From Candidatus Caldarchaeum sp. (GTDB lineage Archaea; Thermoproteota; Nitrososphaeria_A; Caldarchaeales; Caldarchaeaceae), in the NCBI GenBank assembly GCA_038885755.1, contig JAVZZH010000001.1, forward strand, positions 231,432-263,431: DNA of 32,000 nucleotides, read 5' to 3'. Made by a program: the position numbers and the translations under genes. Under the pieces are notes generated by a model. It was not told the DNA's origin. It did no database searches and worked only from the letters and a program-made list of their open reading frames with translations. Below, piece by piece: positions 14,701 to 22,656 of this stretch (position 1 is the stretch's first letter; each line of letters starts with the position of its first letter).

Positions 14701-15492
14701 ATGGTCCTCGAAAGAGTTAGGGGTTTGGTCATAGACCTCGACGGCTGTGTCTACGTCGGCGACAAGCCGGTTGAAGGGGCTGCTGAAGCAATCAAACAGC
14801 TGAGGAGGACAGGGGTGCGAATAGTCTTCCTGACTAACAACTCGACACTGACAAGGCTGCAGTACGTGGAGAAGCTTTCCCGGATGGGTGTCGAAGCCTA
14901 TACTGAAGAGGTGCTGACGTCAGGCGTTGTCGCGGCTAGGTTCATCGCATCCAGACAACCAAGGTCCAGCTGCTTAGCCGTGGCTGAAGATGGGTTCATC
15001 CTGGAGGCTCAGCCTCTAGGTCTTAGAATCATCGACCCGGGTGAGTGGAGGAGAGCGGACTACGTGGTCGTCGGGCTGGACAGGAAGCTGTCGTATGAAA
15101 AGCTGGCTAAAGCATCCCTAGCCATACGAGCCGGAGCCTTCTTCCTAGCCACAAACCTCGACAACGTCTATCCGTCGGAGGAGGGTTTTTACCCCGGGGC
15201 AGGGTCGATCGCCGCACTGCTGTCGACGGCCACAGGCGTCCAGCCCTACTCTGTTGGGAAACCATCCAAGGAGATGTCCAGACAGGCGCTGGAGCTGCTG
15301 AGGCTTTCGGCTGACGAGGTGGTGTTTGTCGGCGACAGGGTTGACACGGACGTTGCCGCGGCGAGGGCCGTGGGTTGCAGGAGCATCCTCGTCAAAACAG
15401 GTGCATACTCCCTGTTCAGCAAGGACACGTCTGACGCCGACTTGGTGGTCGAAAGCATAGCCAAGGTTCCTGAAGTTCTGTCGGTCAAGTAA
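14701..15492 (+). CDS. HAD-superfamily hydrolase, subfamily IIA (NagD/phosphatase-like)
   Basis: HAD motifs are present: VIDLDGCVY, FLTNNS, GKPS and VGDRVDTD. The ATG lies 1 nt after the lrp stop. Confidence 0.85.
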   Translation: MVLERVRGLVIDLDGCVYVGDKPVEGAAEAIKQLRRTGVRIVFLTNNSTLTRLQYVEKLSRMGVEAYTEEVLTSGVVAARFIASRQPRSSCLAVAEDGFILEAQPLGLRIIDPGEWRRADYVVVGLDRKLSYEKLAKASLAIRAGAFFLATNLDNVYPSEEGFYPGAGSIAALLSTATGVQPYSVGKPSKEMSRQALELLRLSADEVVFVGDRVDTDVAAARAVGCRSILVKTGAYSLFSKDTSDADLVVESIAKVPEVLSVK

Positions 15493-15525
15493 ATCTTTTA
15501 TTCCTCCAGCTGTTTAACAATATCG

Positions 15526-15909
15526 TTGGAAACTATCAAAGTCTCAGAGATAATGTCTCGAAAACTGGTGAAGGCGCGGGAGGATGAAACTCTTGCCGAG
15601 GTCGGGGTGAAGATGCTTGAGTCCAAGGTCAGCAGCGTGGTGATAACGTCGGACGACAAGGTCGAGGGAATAGTGACGGAGAAGGATTACGTGAAGTTCT
15701 TCACGTTGAGGGTTTCGCCCGACGAGAAGGTTGGGAACTACATGACTAGGAACGTCATAACCGTTAAGGAGGAGGTCTCTCTCAACACGGCGAGGAACAT
15801 CATGGTTTCGAACAGGATAAGACACCTGCCCGTCGTTGACGAGAAGGGAAGGGCGGTGGGCATGGTCACCGCCAGAGACATCATAGAATCCGTTGAGACA
15901 CTTATCTGA
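15526..15909 (+). CDS. CBS-domain pair protein
   Basis: Two CBS-like repeats are visible (VSEIMSRKLVKA...; VGNYMTRNVITV...IRHLPVVDEKGRAVGMVTARDI). 127 aa with a TTG start. Confidence 0.85.
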   Translation: METIKVSEIMSRKLVKAREDETLAEVGVKMLESKVSSVVITSDDKVEGIVTEKDYVKFFTLRVSPDEKVGNYMTRNVITVKEEVSLNTARNIMVSNRIRHLPVVDEKGRAVGMVTARDIIESVETLI

Positions 15910-15965
15910 GGGCTCAGATACCCCAGAGTCTCTCACAGGTCAACCCTAGTTAATCATCATCGCCC
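15910..15965 (-). ncRNA. Candidate C/D box sRNA (56 nt)
   Basis: The minus strand reads GGGCG-AUGAUGA(C box)-n36-CUGA(D box)-GCCC, with a 4-bp GGGC/GCCC terminal stem. Degenerate internal D'/C' boxes (UUGA, UGUGAGA) are present. It fills the gap between two convergent stops. Caveat: the 3' part also forms a UCUGA-GCCC-UCAGA hairpin. Confidence 0.4.
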
Positions 15966-16000
15966 ACCGGCACGACGGGAAGCCGTTGATTAAACCTTAC

Positions 16001-18457
16001 TCAGCCCAGCTTACCCTCCACACGGTACAGCCTTTCCGAGATCCTTCTGTTCTCGTCCCTTACCTTCTCAATCTCCTCCCTCAAAGCCTTGTACTCGACC
16101 CCCTTCTCCAGCTGTTCTCTAATCTTCCTAGCCACCTCTCTGGCGTTCCTGCTAACCCTGCCGTTTAAATCCTGCTCAGCCAATCTGTCCAGCGTCTTTA
16201 GAAGCCTGCTGTCCATCAACTCTCTGGCGGCGGACACGACCGCTCCCCTCACCCTCTCGTTAGGGTCGTATGAAAGCTTCTCAAGCCTTTCAAACACCTC
16301 TTGCCTGTCTGGGAACTTCGCCAACCCCGCTATCGCCGCCAGCCGCACGGGAGTGGGGTGCGACGGCTCTGTTCTTCCAGCAACGTATGTGAACGCCTCG
16401 TCAGTTCCCAACTCTGAAAGGCCCGCAACCGCTCCGCATGCCACTGCGTGGGCGTGAGACTCGTAGCCGAGGGCTTTTATCAGAGCCGGTAGGTTTTCGG
16501 GATTTTTGAGCCTGCCGAGGCTTATGCACGCCGCCTGCCTTACGTAGTAGGACTCGGATGCGTCGTCGATTATCTTCTTCAGGGCTTCCTCCACCTGACC
16601 ATCCTTCTCGAAACTGCCCAGAGCCTCCACCACTCCACGCCTCACTTTGGGATGTTTGACCTCGTCAAGGCATCTGAGAAGAGCGTGCTTCGCTTCCTCG
16701 GACTTTATCTGGCCCAAGGCTTTCGCCGCTTGGTAGCTGACTCCCCAGAAGCTGTCGTGCTTGACAACTTTTTCCAACCTCTCAACAACCCGCCTCCCTC
16801 CCTGCCTGCCGAGGAACTCGACAGTTTCAAGCCTGCAGACAACGCTACCGCATTCGCCGACGGCTTTCAACGCTTCTTCGACAGGTCTCTCTACGCTGAC
16901 AGCCCTGAGCAGCTTGAGCCAAGGGTCCACGCATACGTGCGAAGGCTTTGTCTTGAGCGGAAACTGTAGAGAAACCTCTCTGACGTCCAGAGGTATCTTG
17001 CGGACAATCTTCTCGTCGCCAGCCGTAATCTCAACCTCGAGCTCCAAGTCGTAGGTCTCCGGGCAGTCGGCGCCTTGAACCTGCTTGACGTTTAGCCTGA
17101 GTAGCTGGTTCTCCGAGTCCCATCTGTAGCTGATGTTAAGGGAGGGGTGGCCGGCTGAATAGACCAGCTGCTCGAACAGATGCTCGAGCGACGTTCCAGC
17201 CTCATGCTCCAAAGCCTTGCGCAGGTCCTCTGTGTCAGCCGTCGAGAACTGATGTTTCTTCAGGAAGTGGCTAAGGCCTTTTCTAAACCTCTCCTCGCCC
17301 ACCACGTTGCTTATCGTGTGGAGGACGAGACCACCCTTGGGGTATGCGTGGCGGTCGAACAGCTCGTCGGGAGTCTTGTAAAGCCTGAAGACTACAGGCC
17401 TTGAGTATCTCCGCTGGTATTCGTCAAGGTAGGACTTGAGGTCGCTGTAGAGCTCGTACAGGAACTCGTCGTTTCCCTTGTCGTGTCTCACGTAGAGGTT
17501 CTCGAGATATGTTGCGAACGACTCGTTGAGCCAGATGTGGGACCAGTCTCTGCAAGTCACGAGGTCGCCGAACCACTGATGAGCTAGTTCGTGCGCTACG
17601 AGAGGGTCGCTGGAGAAGTCCATGTGCGCGTGGTCGTCGTGGAGGGTCAGGTCTGTGAGCGTGGTTGCCGTCGTGTTTTCCATGCCTCCTACGACGAACT
17701 CTGGAACGCATATCTGCTTGTAGGACTTGTAGGGATACGGGTAGTCTAGGTACTGGCTGAAGAACCTGATGATGTCGGCTGTCTTGCTGAAGGAGTTTTT
17801 GATGTATCTTCCCATTCCCCTTGGGACGTAGTATCCAAGCTTCACGCCGTCAAAGTTTTCCTCCATTTTGTCGAAGACGCCGGCGACGAAGCTCATCAAG
17901 TACGATGTGTGAGGCACGTCCAGCAACCAGTGCCACGTGCTCGCGTCTTTCCCTCTCTCGACGTTTACCAGCTCTCCGTTCGATACGACTTCGAGAGGCT
18001 CGGGAACGGTCGCAACAAGCTCGGTGCTGAACTTCATGTTTGGGTAGTCGTAGACGGGCATCCAGTAGCGGTTGTACTCGGGCTCGCCATGGCTCCACAC
18101 GAAGGCTCTGCTCCTATCCTCCGGCGTGATGAAGTAGAGCCCTGTACGTGGCCAAGCTCTGTAGTGGACCGACAGCTTGTGTTCCTGTCTAGAGGGTAGA
18201 GTTATTCGGAGGGTCTTGCCGTCGTAGTCGTAGCTTCCTCCCTCAACCCTAGTGACCTCCATCTCCACCGCGTCAAGCTCGACTTGGTCGCTGGAGTTTT
18301 GAAGCGTTATGGCGGCTTTCCCGTCGACCCTTCTGTCGTCAAGGTCTAGTGAGATCTCGAGTCTGTAGTGGCTGATCTTGAAAGACGGTCTTCTCGGATA
18401 ACGTGGCCTGTAGTCAGGGAAGATGAAATCTCTTCCGGCTTTCAGGTAGGGATGCAA
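16001..18457 (-). CDS. M1-family zinc aminopeptidase (aminopeptidase N / tricorn-interacting-factor-like) with C-terminal HEAT-like repeats
   Basis: Contains the GGMENTTA exopeptidase motif, HELAHQWFGDLVT and WLNESFATYLE (HExxH-x18-E). The C-terminal ~300 aa carries repeated helical HEAT-like units and a coiled-coil tail. Confidence 0.92.
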   Translation of the reverse strand: MHPYLKAGRDFIFPDYRPRYPRRPSFKISHYRLEISLDLDDRRVDGKAAITLQNSSDQVELDAVEMEVTRVEGGSYDYDGKTLRITLPSRQEHKLSVHYRAWPRTGLYFITPEDRSRAFVWSHGEPEYNRYWMPVYDYPNMKFSTELVATVPEPLEVVSNGELVNVERGKDASTWHWLLDVPHTSYLMSFVAGVFDKMEENFDGVKLGYYVPRGMGRYIKNSFSKTADIIRFFSQYLDYPYPYKSYKQICVPEFVVGGMENTTATTLTDLTLHDDHAHMDFSSDPLVAHELAHQWFGDLVTCRDWSHIWLNESFATYLENLYVRHDKGNDEFLYELYSDLKSYLDEYQRRYSRPVVFRLYKTPDELFDRHAYPKGGLVLHTISNVVGEERFRKGLSHFLKKHQFSTADTEDLRKALEHEAGTSLEHLFEQLVYSAGHPSLNISYRWDSENQLLRLNVKQVQGADCPETYDLELEVEITAGDEKIVRKIPLDVREVSLQFPLKTKPSHVCVDPWLKLLRAVSVERPVEEALKAVGECGSVVCRLETVEFLGRQGGRRVVERLEKVVKHDSFWGVSYQAAKALGQIKSEEAKHALLRCLDEVKHPKVRRGVVEALGSFEKDGQVEEALKKIIDDASESYYVRQAACISLGRLKNPENLPALIKALGYESHAHAVACGAVAGLSELGTDEAFTYVAGRTEPSHPTPVRLAAIAGLAKFPDRQEVFERLEKLSYDPNERVRGAVVSAARELMDSRLLKTLDRLAEQDLNGRVSRNAREVARKIREQLEKGVEYKALREEIEKVRDENRRISERLYRVEGKLG

Positions 18458-18526
18458 ACCTGCTCTTGTGGGAGTGGTTCTGGTGATGCTTTATATCTTT
18501 ACACGGTCAATCATGTGCGGAGCTAG

Positions 18527-18736
18527 ATGAGCGGGGAGAGGGTTTATGAATCTGTGATGGCTTTTCTGACTTCAAAATACGGGCCGGTTGAGCTAGAGCT
18601 GTCAAGGACTTATGAGCGTCGGGACGTGGTGGAGGTTGCAGGCAAGTTCAGGCTTGAGAGTGGGGGTGGTTGGAGGAGGTTCACGCTGCTGCTCAGCAGA
18701 GAAAACATGGAGGTAGTAGGGTTCGGCATGAGATGA
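18527..18736 (+). CDS. Hypothetical small protein (69 aa)
   Basis: ATG ORF in an otherwise empty gap, with a TATA-like TTTATATC about 30 nt upstream. I recognise no family. Confidence 0.45.
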   Translation: MSGERVYESVMAFLTSKYGPVELELSRTYERRDVVEVAGKFRLESGGGWRRFTLLLSRENMEVVGFGMR

Positions 18737-18757
18737 CAACGCAGGGGCTGGGAGTTT

Positions 18758-19087
18758 ATGTTTTTATCTGCGGCTTCACAAACCAGTGACGATGACTGTA
18801 TGGCTGAGGAGGATGCCAAGGCCGAGATCATGGAAAAGGTTGAGAAGCTCTACTCGGCTGTGAACCGGATAAGGTTTTACCGTGAGGTCGCGATGGATGA
18901 TAAAATCAGCGAACTCCTGACGGAGGCTGAGAAGCTGCGGACTGAGATGAGGCTTTCAGAGCAGGAGGTTGAGAAGCTGGCGGATGATTTGGACGAGTTC
19001 TACATATCCGGCTCCTCGTCCTACGGGGAGCTGGACCCTCTCAGCCACTGGGTCAACGTTGTTTACGGCAGGCTGTCTAAGCCCTAG
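18758..19087 (+). CDS. Hypothetical acidic helical protein (109 aa; alternative start at 18800)
   Basis: ORF with plausible composition (EKVEKLYSAVNRIRFYREV...). Its 3' end overlaps the convergent dehydrogenase gene by 11 nt. Confidence 0.5.
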   Translation: MFLSAASQTSDDDCMAEEDAKAEIMEKVEKLYSAVNRIRFYREVAMDDKISELLTEAEKLRTEMRLSEQEVEKLADDLDEFYISGSSSYGELDPLSHWVNVVYGRLSKP

Positions 19088-20198
19088 AGAATATGCGTAT
19101 CACTTTGTCGTCTCCGGCTCTTGGAACTCCTCTACCGTCTCTGTTGCTCGTCAACACATACAAAGCTCCATCCGGGCCCTCGACGACGTCTCTCAGTCTT
19201 CCAAAAGAGTCGGTGAAGAGCTTCTCGTGGCCTACGACGGCTGTCCCGTCTTCGTTCAGAACAACTCTGTGGAGATGGGATCCTCTCAGGGCTGCGAACA
19301 GCAGCGAGCCTCGTAGGCTTGCGATGTCCCCCTGCTTGTAGACGCAGCATCCGGAAGGAGCCCATGTCTCCGAGCCGCTGTGGATCAGAGGCTTGATGAT
19401 TCCTTGAACGGCTTCGTCTCCGATTGCCGCTGGCCAGCCGTAGTTTCCGCCTGAAACTATCAAGTTAACCTCGTCGTGGGCGTATCTGAGACCCTCGCCG
19501 GATGGCCCGTGGTCTGTTGCGTACATGCGTCCATCACGCCAAGCTATTCCCTGCGAGTTTCGTAGGCCGAGGGCGTAGACCGGCGAGTTGAACGGGTTGT
19601 CGCCGGGCGTTTCTCCCTCTGGGGTGACCCTTAGGATTTTACCTCCAAGGGAGTTGATGTTCTGCGACTCGGCCGGCACCCCTCCCTCGCCCGTAGCTAT
19701 GTAAAGCATGCCGTCGGGCCCGACCTTGACCCTTCCGCCGTTGTGCACAGCCCCTCCCGTGATTCCCGAGACCACATCGACTACGTCGTCCAGCCCGCCG
19801 TCGTAGAGGGCTTTGACGACCTTGTTCATCAACCGGCCGCCAGCCCTGTACGTGTGGTAGAGGAACACCACGGTCTTCCCTCCGGCTCTCATACTCTCGA
19901 CACCCAACAGACCTCCCTCGCCTACAGCAGCAACCTCGATGAAACCCACCTCCTCAACCTTTCGGCTGCCGAGGGTGAGCAGCTTCACCGAGCCCTGTCT
20001 CTCGGTGATGAGCGCCTCGTCGTCGCTGATGAACGAGACCGACCAAGGTATCCTCAGGCCTTCTGCGACAGGCTCGGCGGACAGGGAAACATCCACGTCC
20101 ATGCTCGTCCTAGGTGTTGCGAGAACAAGCCCGGCTGCAGCCGCCAGCCCAGCAGCAGCTCCTCCCAGCAGGAACCGTCTTCGAGTGAGCGGCGCCAA
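19077..20198 (-). CDS. PQQ-dependent soluble sugar (glucose/sorbosone) dehydrogenase, Tat-exported
   Basis: Twin-arginine signal TRRRFLLGGAAAG. Family motifs HNGGRVKVGPDGMLYIATGE, GKILRVTPEG..PGDNPF, LGLRNSQGIAW and DEVNLIVSGGNYGWP are present. Confidence 0.85.
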   Translation of the reverse strand: MAPLTRRRFLLGGAAAGLAAAAGLVLATPRTSMDVDVSLSAEPVAEGLRIPWSVSFISDDEALITERQGSVKLLTLGSRKVEEVGFIEVAAVGEGGLLGVESMRAGGKTVVFLYHTYRAGGRLMNKVVKALYDGGLDDVVDVVSGITGGAVHNGGRVKVGPDGMLYIATGEGGVPAESQNINSLGGKILRVTPEGETPGDNPFNSPVYALGLRNSQGIAWRDGRMYATDHGPSGEGLRYAHDEVNLIVSGGNYGWPAAIGDEAVQGIIKPLIHSGSETWAPSGCCVYKQGDIASLRGSLLFAALRGSHLHRVVLNEDGTAVVGHEKLFTDSFGRLRDVVEGPDGALYVLTSNRDGRGVPRAGDDKVIRIFSRA

Positions 20199-20285
20199 CC
20201 CGGGTGTCCGTCGGAGTGTTGGTAAATAAGCATATGCATAAATTCCGCTGAGAGATTCAAGCTGTGGCCGTGAGGTTGTTGATGC

Positions 20286-20642
20286 TTGCGTAGAGTCATA
20301 ACCTTCAAGCCTGAGATGCTCGACCTTGTGGTCAAGGGGCTGAAGACTTCCACGGTAAGGCCTGTGAACGGGTCGGTCTACAGCGACGACCTAGTTCTCA
20401 CCGACGGTGTGAGAAGAGTTTACGCCAAGCTGTTGAGCGTGAGGAGGTTGAGGCTGGCGGAGGCAGCGAACCACTACGTCATGGAAGGCTTCAGCTCCCC
20501 AGACGAGTTCATCGAAAACATTCGCCGAATCTACCCAAGCCTAGGCCCGAACGACGAAGTAAACCTGATAGAGTTCAAGCTCCAGCCCACAGACGCCTCA
20601 GCAACGATTCCTCACCCAAACCTTCAGAGGACTCGAACATGA
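20286..20642 (+). CDS. ASCH/PUA-like domain protein (tentative)
   Basis: The N-terminus ITFKPEMLDLVVKGLKTSTVRP resembles the ASCH-domain opening. TTG start. The last ~22 aa overlap a convergent ORF. Confidence 0.6.
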   Translation: MRRVITFKPEMLDLVVKGLKTSTVRPVNGSVYSDDLVLTDGVRRVYAKLLSVRRLRLAEAANHYVMEGFSSPDEFIENIRRIYPSLGPNDEVNLIEFKLQPTDASATIPHPNLQRTRT

Positions 20643-20787
20643 ACGCCACAACCCTGCCGGGCTCCGGCCTCGAGGCGGAGACCGCCATGTCGAGGCATGC
20701 CGTGAAACGCTTGTCGACAGGATGTCCAACGACTCCGACGAAAACATAGCCCTTAGGCAGGCGCGTATCCCATGCCGCCTCACCCAT
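20575..20787 (-). CDS. Hypothetical protein (70 aa), possibly the downstream part of a frameshifted gene starting near 20846/20852
   Basis: Frame B (GYVFVGVVGHPVDKRFTACLDMAV...) looks coding. The upstream ORF (20852->) looks coding only for its first ~22 aa and then becomes R/S-rich. Confidence 0.3.
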   Translation of the reverse strand: MGEAAWDTRLPKGYVFVGVVGHPVDKRFTACLDMAVSASRPEPGRVVAFMFESSEGLGEESLLRRLWAGA

Positions 20788-20871
20788 GTCTTATAGTCTA
20801 TGGCTCCGAGGGCTTCTGCGGCAGGCTTCCAGACAAGCTGCTCCATCCTCAAAGCCGGTTTTCCAGAAGCT

Positions 20872-21891
20872 CTATTGATGTGTTTGTTGAACTGTTTTCC
20901 AAAGATGTTTTAAAGAATGGATGTTTTTATACTGCATGGTTTGTAGAAGTTCTTTAAGCATGTCCCTGACCGCTGTAGCACCCCTATAGGCGAGCGCTGT
21001 GTAGATTTGAACGGTGTTCGCACCATTCATCAATGTATTGAGCACGTCTTCGCCGGTGAAGATTCCCCCTACAGCGTGAATTTCAAAATCCTCGCCGTAC
21101 ATGCTTCTAACTTCTTTGACGCATTTTATCATGCGCGGGTATAGCGGCCTGCCGCTTAAACCACCTCTACGGGCCGAGACTCTAGGCTCTTCAACAAGCA
21201 ACGCGTTGACGGCTGTGACGCCTTCGAACCCTGTGTCATGCCAGGTGTTGACGATCTTGTAAATAAGGTCCCGCTCCTCGCTGTTCGTGTACGGCGGTAT
21301 CTTTAGATAGGTTGGTCTCCGCTTATGCTGGTGCAGGGCTTCAGCGACCTGCTTGAATTTCTCCAGCTGAAAATAGTGGCGTAGCTGAGGCGTGTTGGGT
21401 GAGCTTATGTTGACCTCGACACCGGAAGCGAAGGGCTGAACCTCCCTGTAGCATTCTAGAAGGTTTTCCACGTCTTCATCGCTTACGCTCACCAATACAG
21501 GTATGCCAGAGTTTCCTGACATGGCGAGGTTTTGAACAAACTTTTTCAGCCCGGGGTTTGGAAAACCCATCGCGTTAACAAGGCTTTCTTCGCTTCTCCG
21601 CCGGACTATACGGGGTTTTTTCATACCTTTCCGTAGGTTCTTGGTGACGGTGCCGACTACAAGGTATCCGAACCCAAGCTTCTCCAGATGTTTAACGCAT
21701 TCGCCTGCTTTGTCGAAGCCAGCCGCCAGACCTATGGGGTTTTTTAAACGACCGAACCACGTATCCACGTAAAGCCTCTCGTCTCCGAAACCTATGTTAT
21801 ACGGCATCAGCCTAAGAAGTTTCATCCCAAGGTCGTGGGCTGCCTCCGCAGGCAGCCTCGCCAACAACGTCTGAACAAGCTTCAGCATCAT
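20872..21891 (-). CDS. pyrD: Dihydroorotate dehydrogenase, class 2-like (quinone-dependent)
   Basis: Contains NPIGLAAGFDKAGE, VEVNISSPNTPQLR (Ser catalytic base, class-2 signature) and GGLSGRPL. The N-terminal helix region LPAEAAHDL is also present. Confidence 0.92.
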   Translation of the reverse strand: MMLKLVQTLLARLPAEAAHDLGMKLLRLMPYNIGFGDERLYVDTWFGRLKNPIGLAAGFDKAGECVKHLEKLGFGYLVVGTVTKNLRKGMKKPRIVRRRSEESLVNAMGFPNPGLKKFVQNLAMSGNSGIPVLVSVSDEDVENLLECYREVQPFASGVEVNISSPNTPQLRHYFQLEKFKQVAEALHQHKRRPTYLKIPPYTNSEERDLIYKIVNTWHDTGFEGVTAVNALLVEEPRVSARRGGLSGRPLYPRMIKCVKEVRSMYGEDFEIHAVGGIFTGEDVLNTLMNGANTVQIYTALAYRGATAVRDMLKELLQTMQYKNIHSLKHLWKTVQQTHQ

Positions 21892-21990
21892 GTCTTCTTA
21901 CTGCCAAGCCACGGCGATAACATAAATGTTGTCCCGTGGTTGTAGGATTTTTACGGCGGCCTCTTCAGCCCTTACGAGAAGCAGGGTTTC

Positions 21991-22269
21991 ATGAGGCTTG
22001 TTGGTGCTGTGGACGACGCAGTCGGCTTAGACTGCTCCGATGATGCCGGCGTGATGGCCAAGTTCGTCGCCTTCGACGTCGAGAAAAGCATAGGAGCTTC
22101 CGCAGATATCTGCAAGAAGACACACTCCAGCAACAACAGTCAACAAATTGGCTGGATACCTCCGGTAGGTTTTGGGAACAGCCACACTGGCGAGGCGAAC
22201 ACATCAACGACGCGCACGTCCTACTTCATCGACGCCTGTAGCCTCCATTTCGAACCCTATTTTAGTTAA
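21991..22269 (+). CDS. Doubtful hypothetical ORF (92 aa); an exactly antisense reading looks like a stop-interrupted gene
   Basis: The ATG ORF is intact, but its C-terminal half is S/T/N-rich. See the finding on 21898-22203 for the competing minus-strand reading. Confidence 0.25.
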   Translation: MRLVGAVDDAVGLDCSDDAGVMAKFVAFDVEKSIGASADICKKTHSSNNSQQIGWIPPVGFGNSHTGEANTSTTRTSYFIDACSLHFEPYFS

Positions 22270-22300
22270 GGAGCAGATGAACAGCAGCATGCTACGGCTC

Positions 22301-22313
22301 AGCTGTAAGGACG
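22301..22313. repeat. 13-bp direct repeat copy 1 (AGCTGTAAGGACG)
   Basis: Exact match to 22644-22656. Lies 22 nt beyond the tRNA-Lys 3' end. Confidence 0.6.
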
Positions 22314-22334
22314 CCTAAGAGACAGGAGACGATG

Positions 22335-22409
22335 CGGGCCCGGCGGGATTTGAACCCGCGGCCCCCGGGTTAAAAGCCCGGTGCTCTGTCCTGACTGAGC
22401 TACGGGCCC
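22335..22409 (-). tRNA. tRNA-Lys (anticodon UUU), 75 nt, no encoded CCA, no intron
   Basis: Manual cloverleaf fold. Acceptor stem GGGCCCG/CGGGCCC, D arm GCUC-loop-GAGC, anticodon stem CCGGG/CCCGG with loop CUUUUAA, T arm GCGGG-UUCAAAU-CCCGC, discriminator G. Confidence 0.93.
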
Positions 22410-22430
22410 TTCTTCGGAGCTAAACACAGT

Positions 22431-22438
22431 GCTTAAAT
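22431..22438 (-). promoter_or_regulatory. Candidate TATA box for tRNA-Lys
   Basis: The minus strand reads ATTTAAGC, centred about 26 nt upstream of the tRNA 5' end. Confidence 0.35.
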
Positions 22439-22643
22439 CTCTCCACCGTCCTTCATTGATGATTCCGCGGCGAACGGGGCTGGATGTTTCACAACTCGAG
22501 GATTGAACTCGGAGATATTTAGAGTTAGTCCTCAGGTTCTCGAAAGGAGGCAGCGACGCACGCGTCTGTGCGATGAAAAATTCCAAGGTTTGACGATGTT
22601 GCGCCGTAGGCGATGAAGCCGGATTACACGACGCGTTTTCTTG

Positions 22644-22656
22644 AGCTGTAAGGACG
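22644..22656. repeat. 13-bp direct repeat copy 2 (AGCTGTAAGGACG)
   Basis: Exact match to 22301-22313. Lies 235 nt upstream of the tRNA-Lys 5' end. Confidence 0.6.

Noticed and set aside
22456-22520. UUGAUGA C-box-like motif near the tRNA promoter
   Set aside because: No CUGA D box occurs at an appropriate distance and there is no terminal stem.
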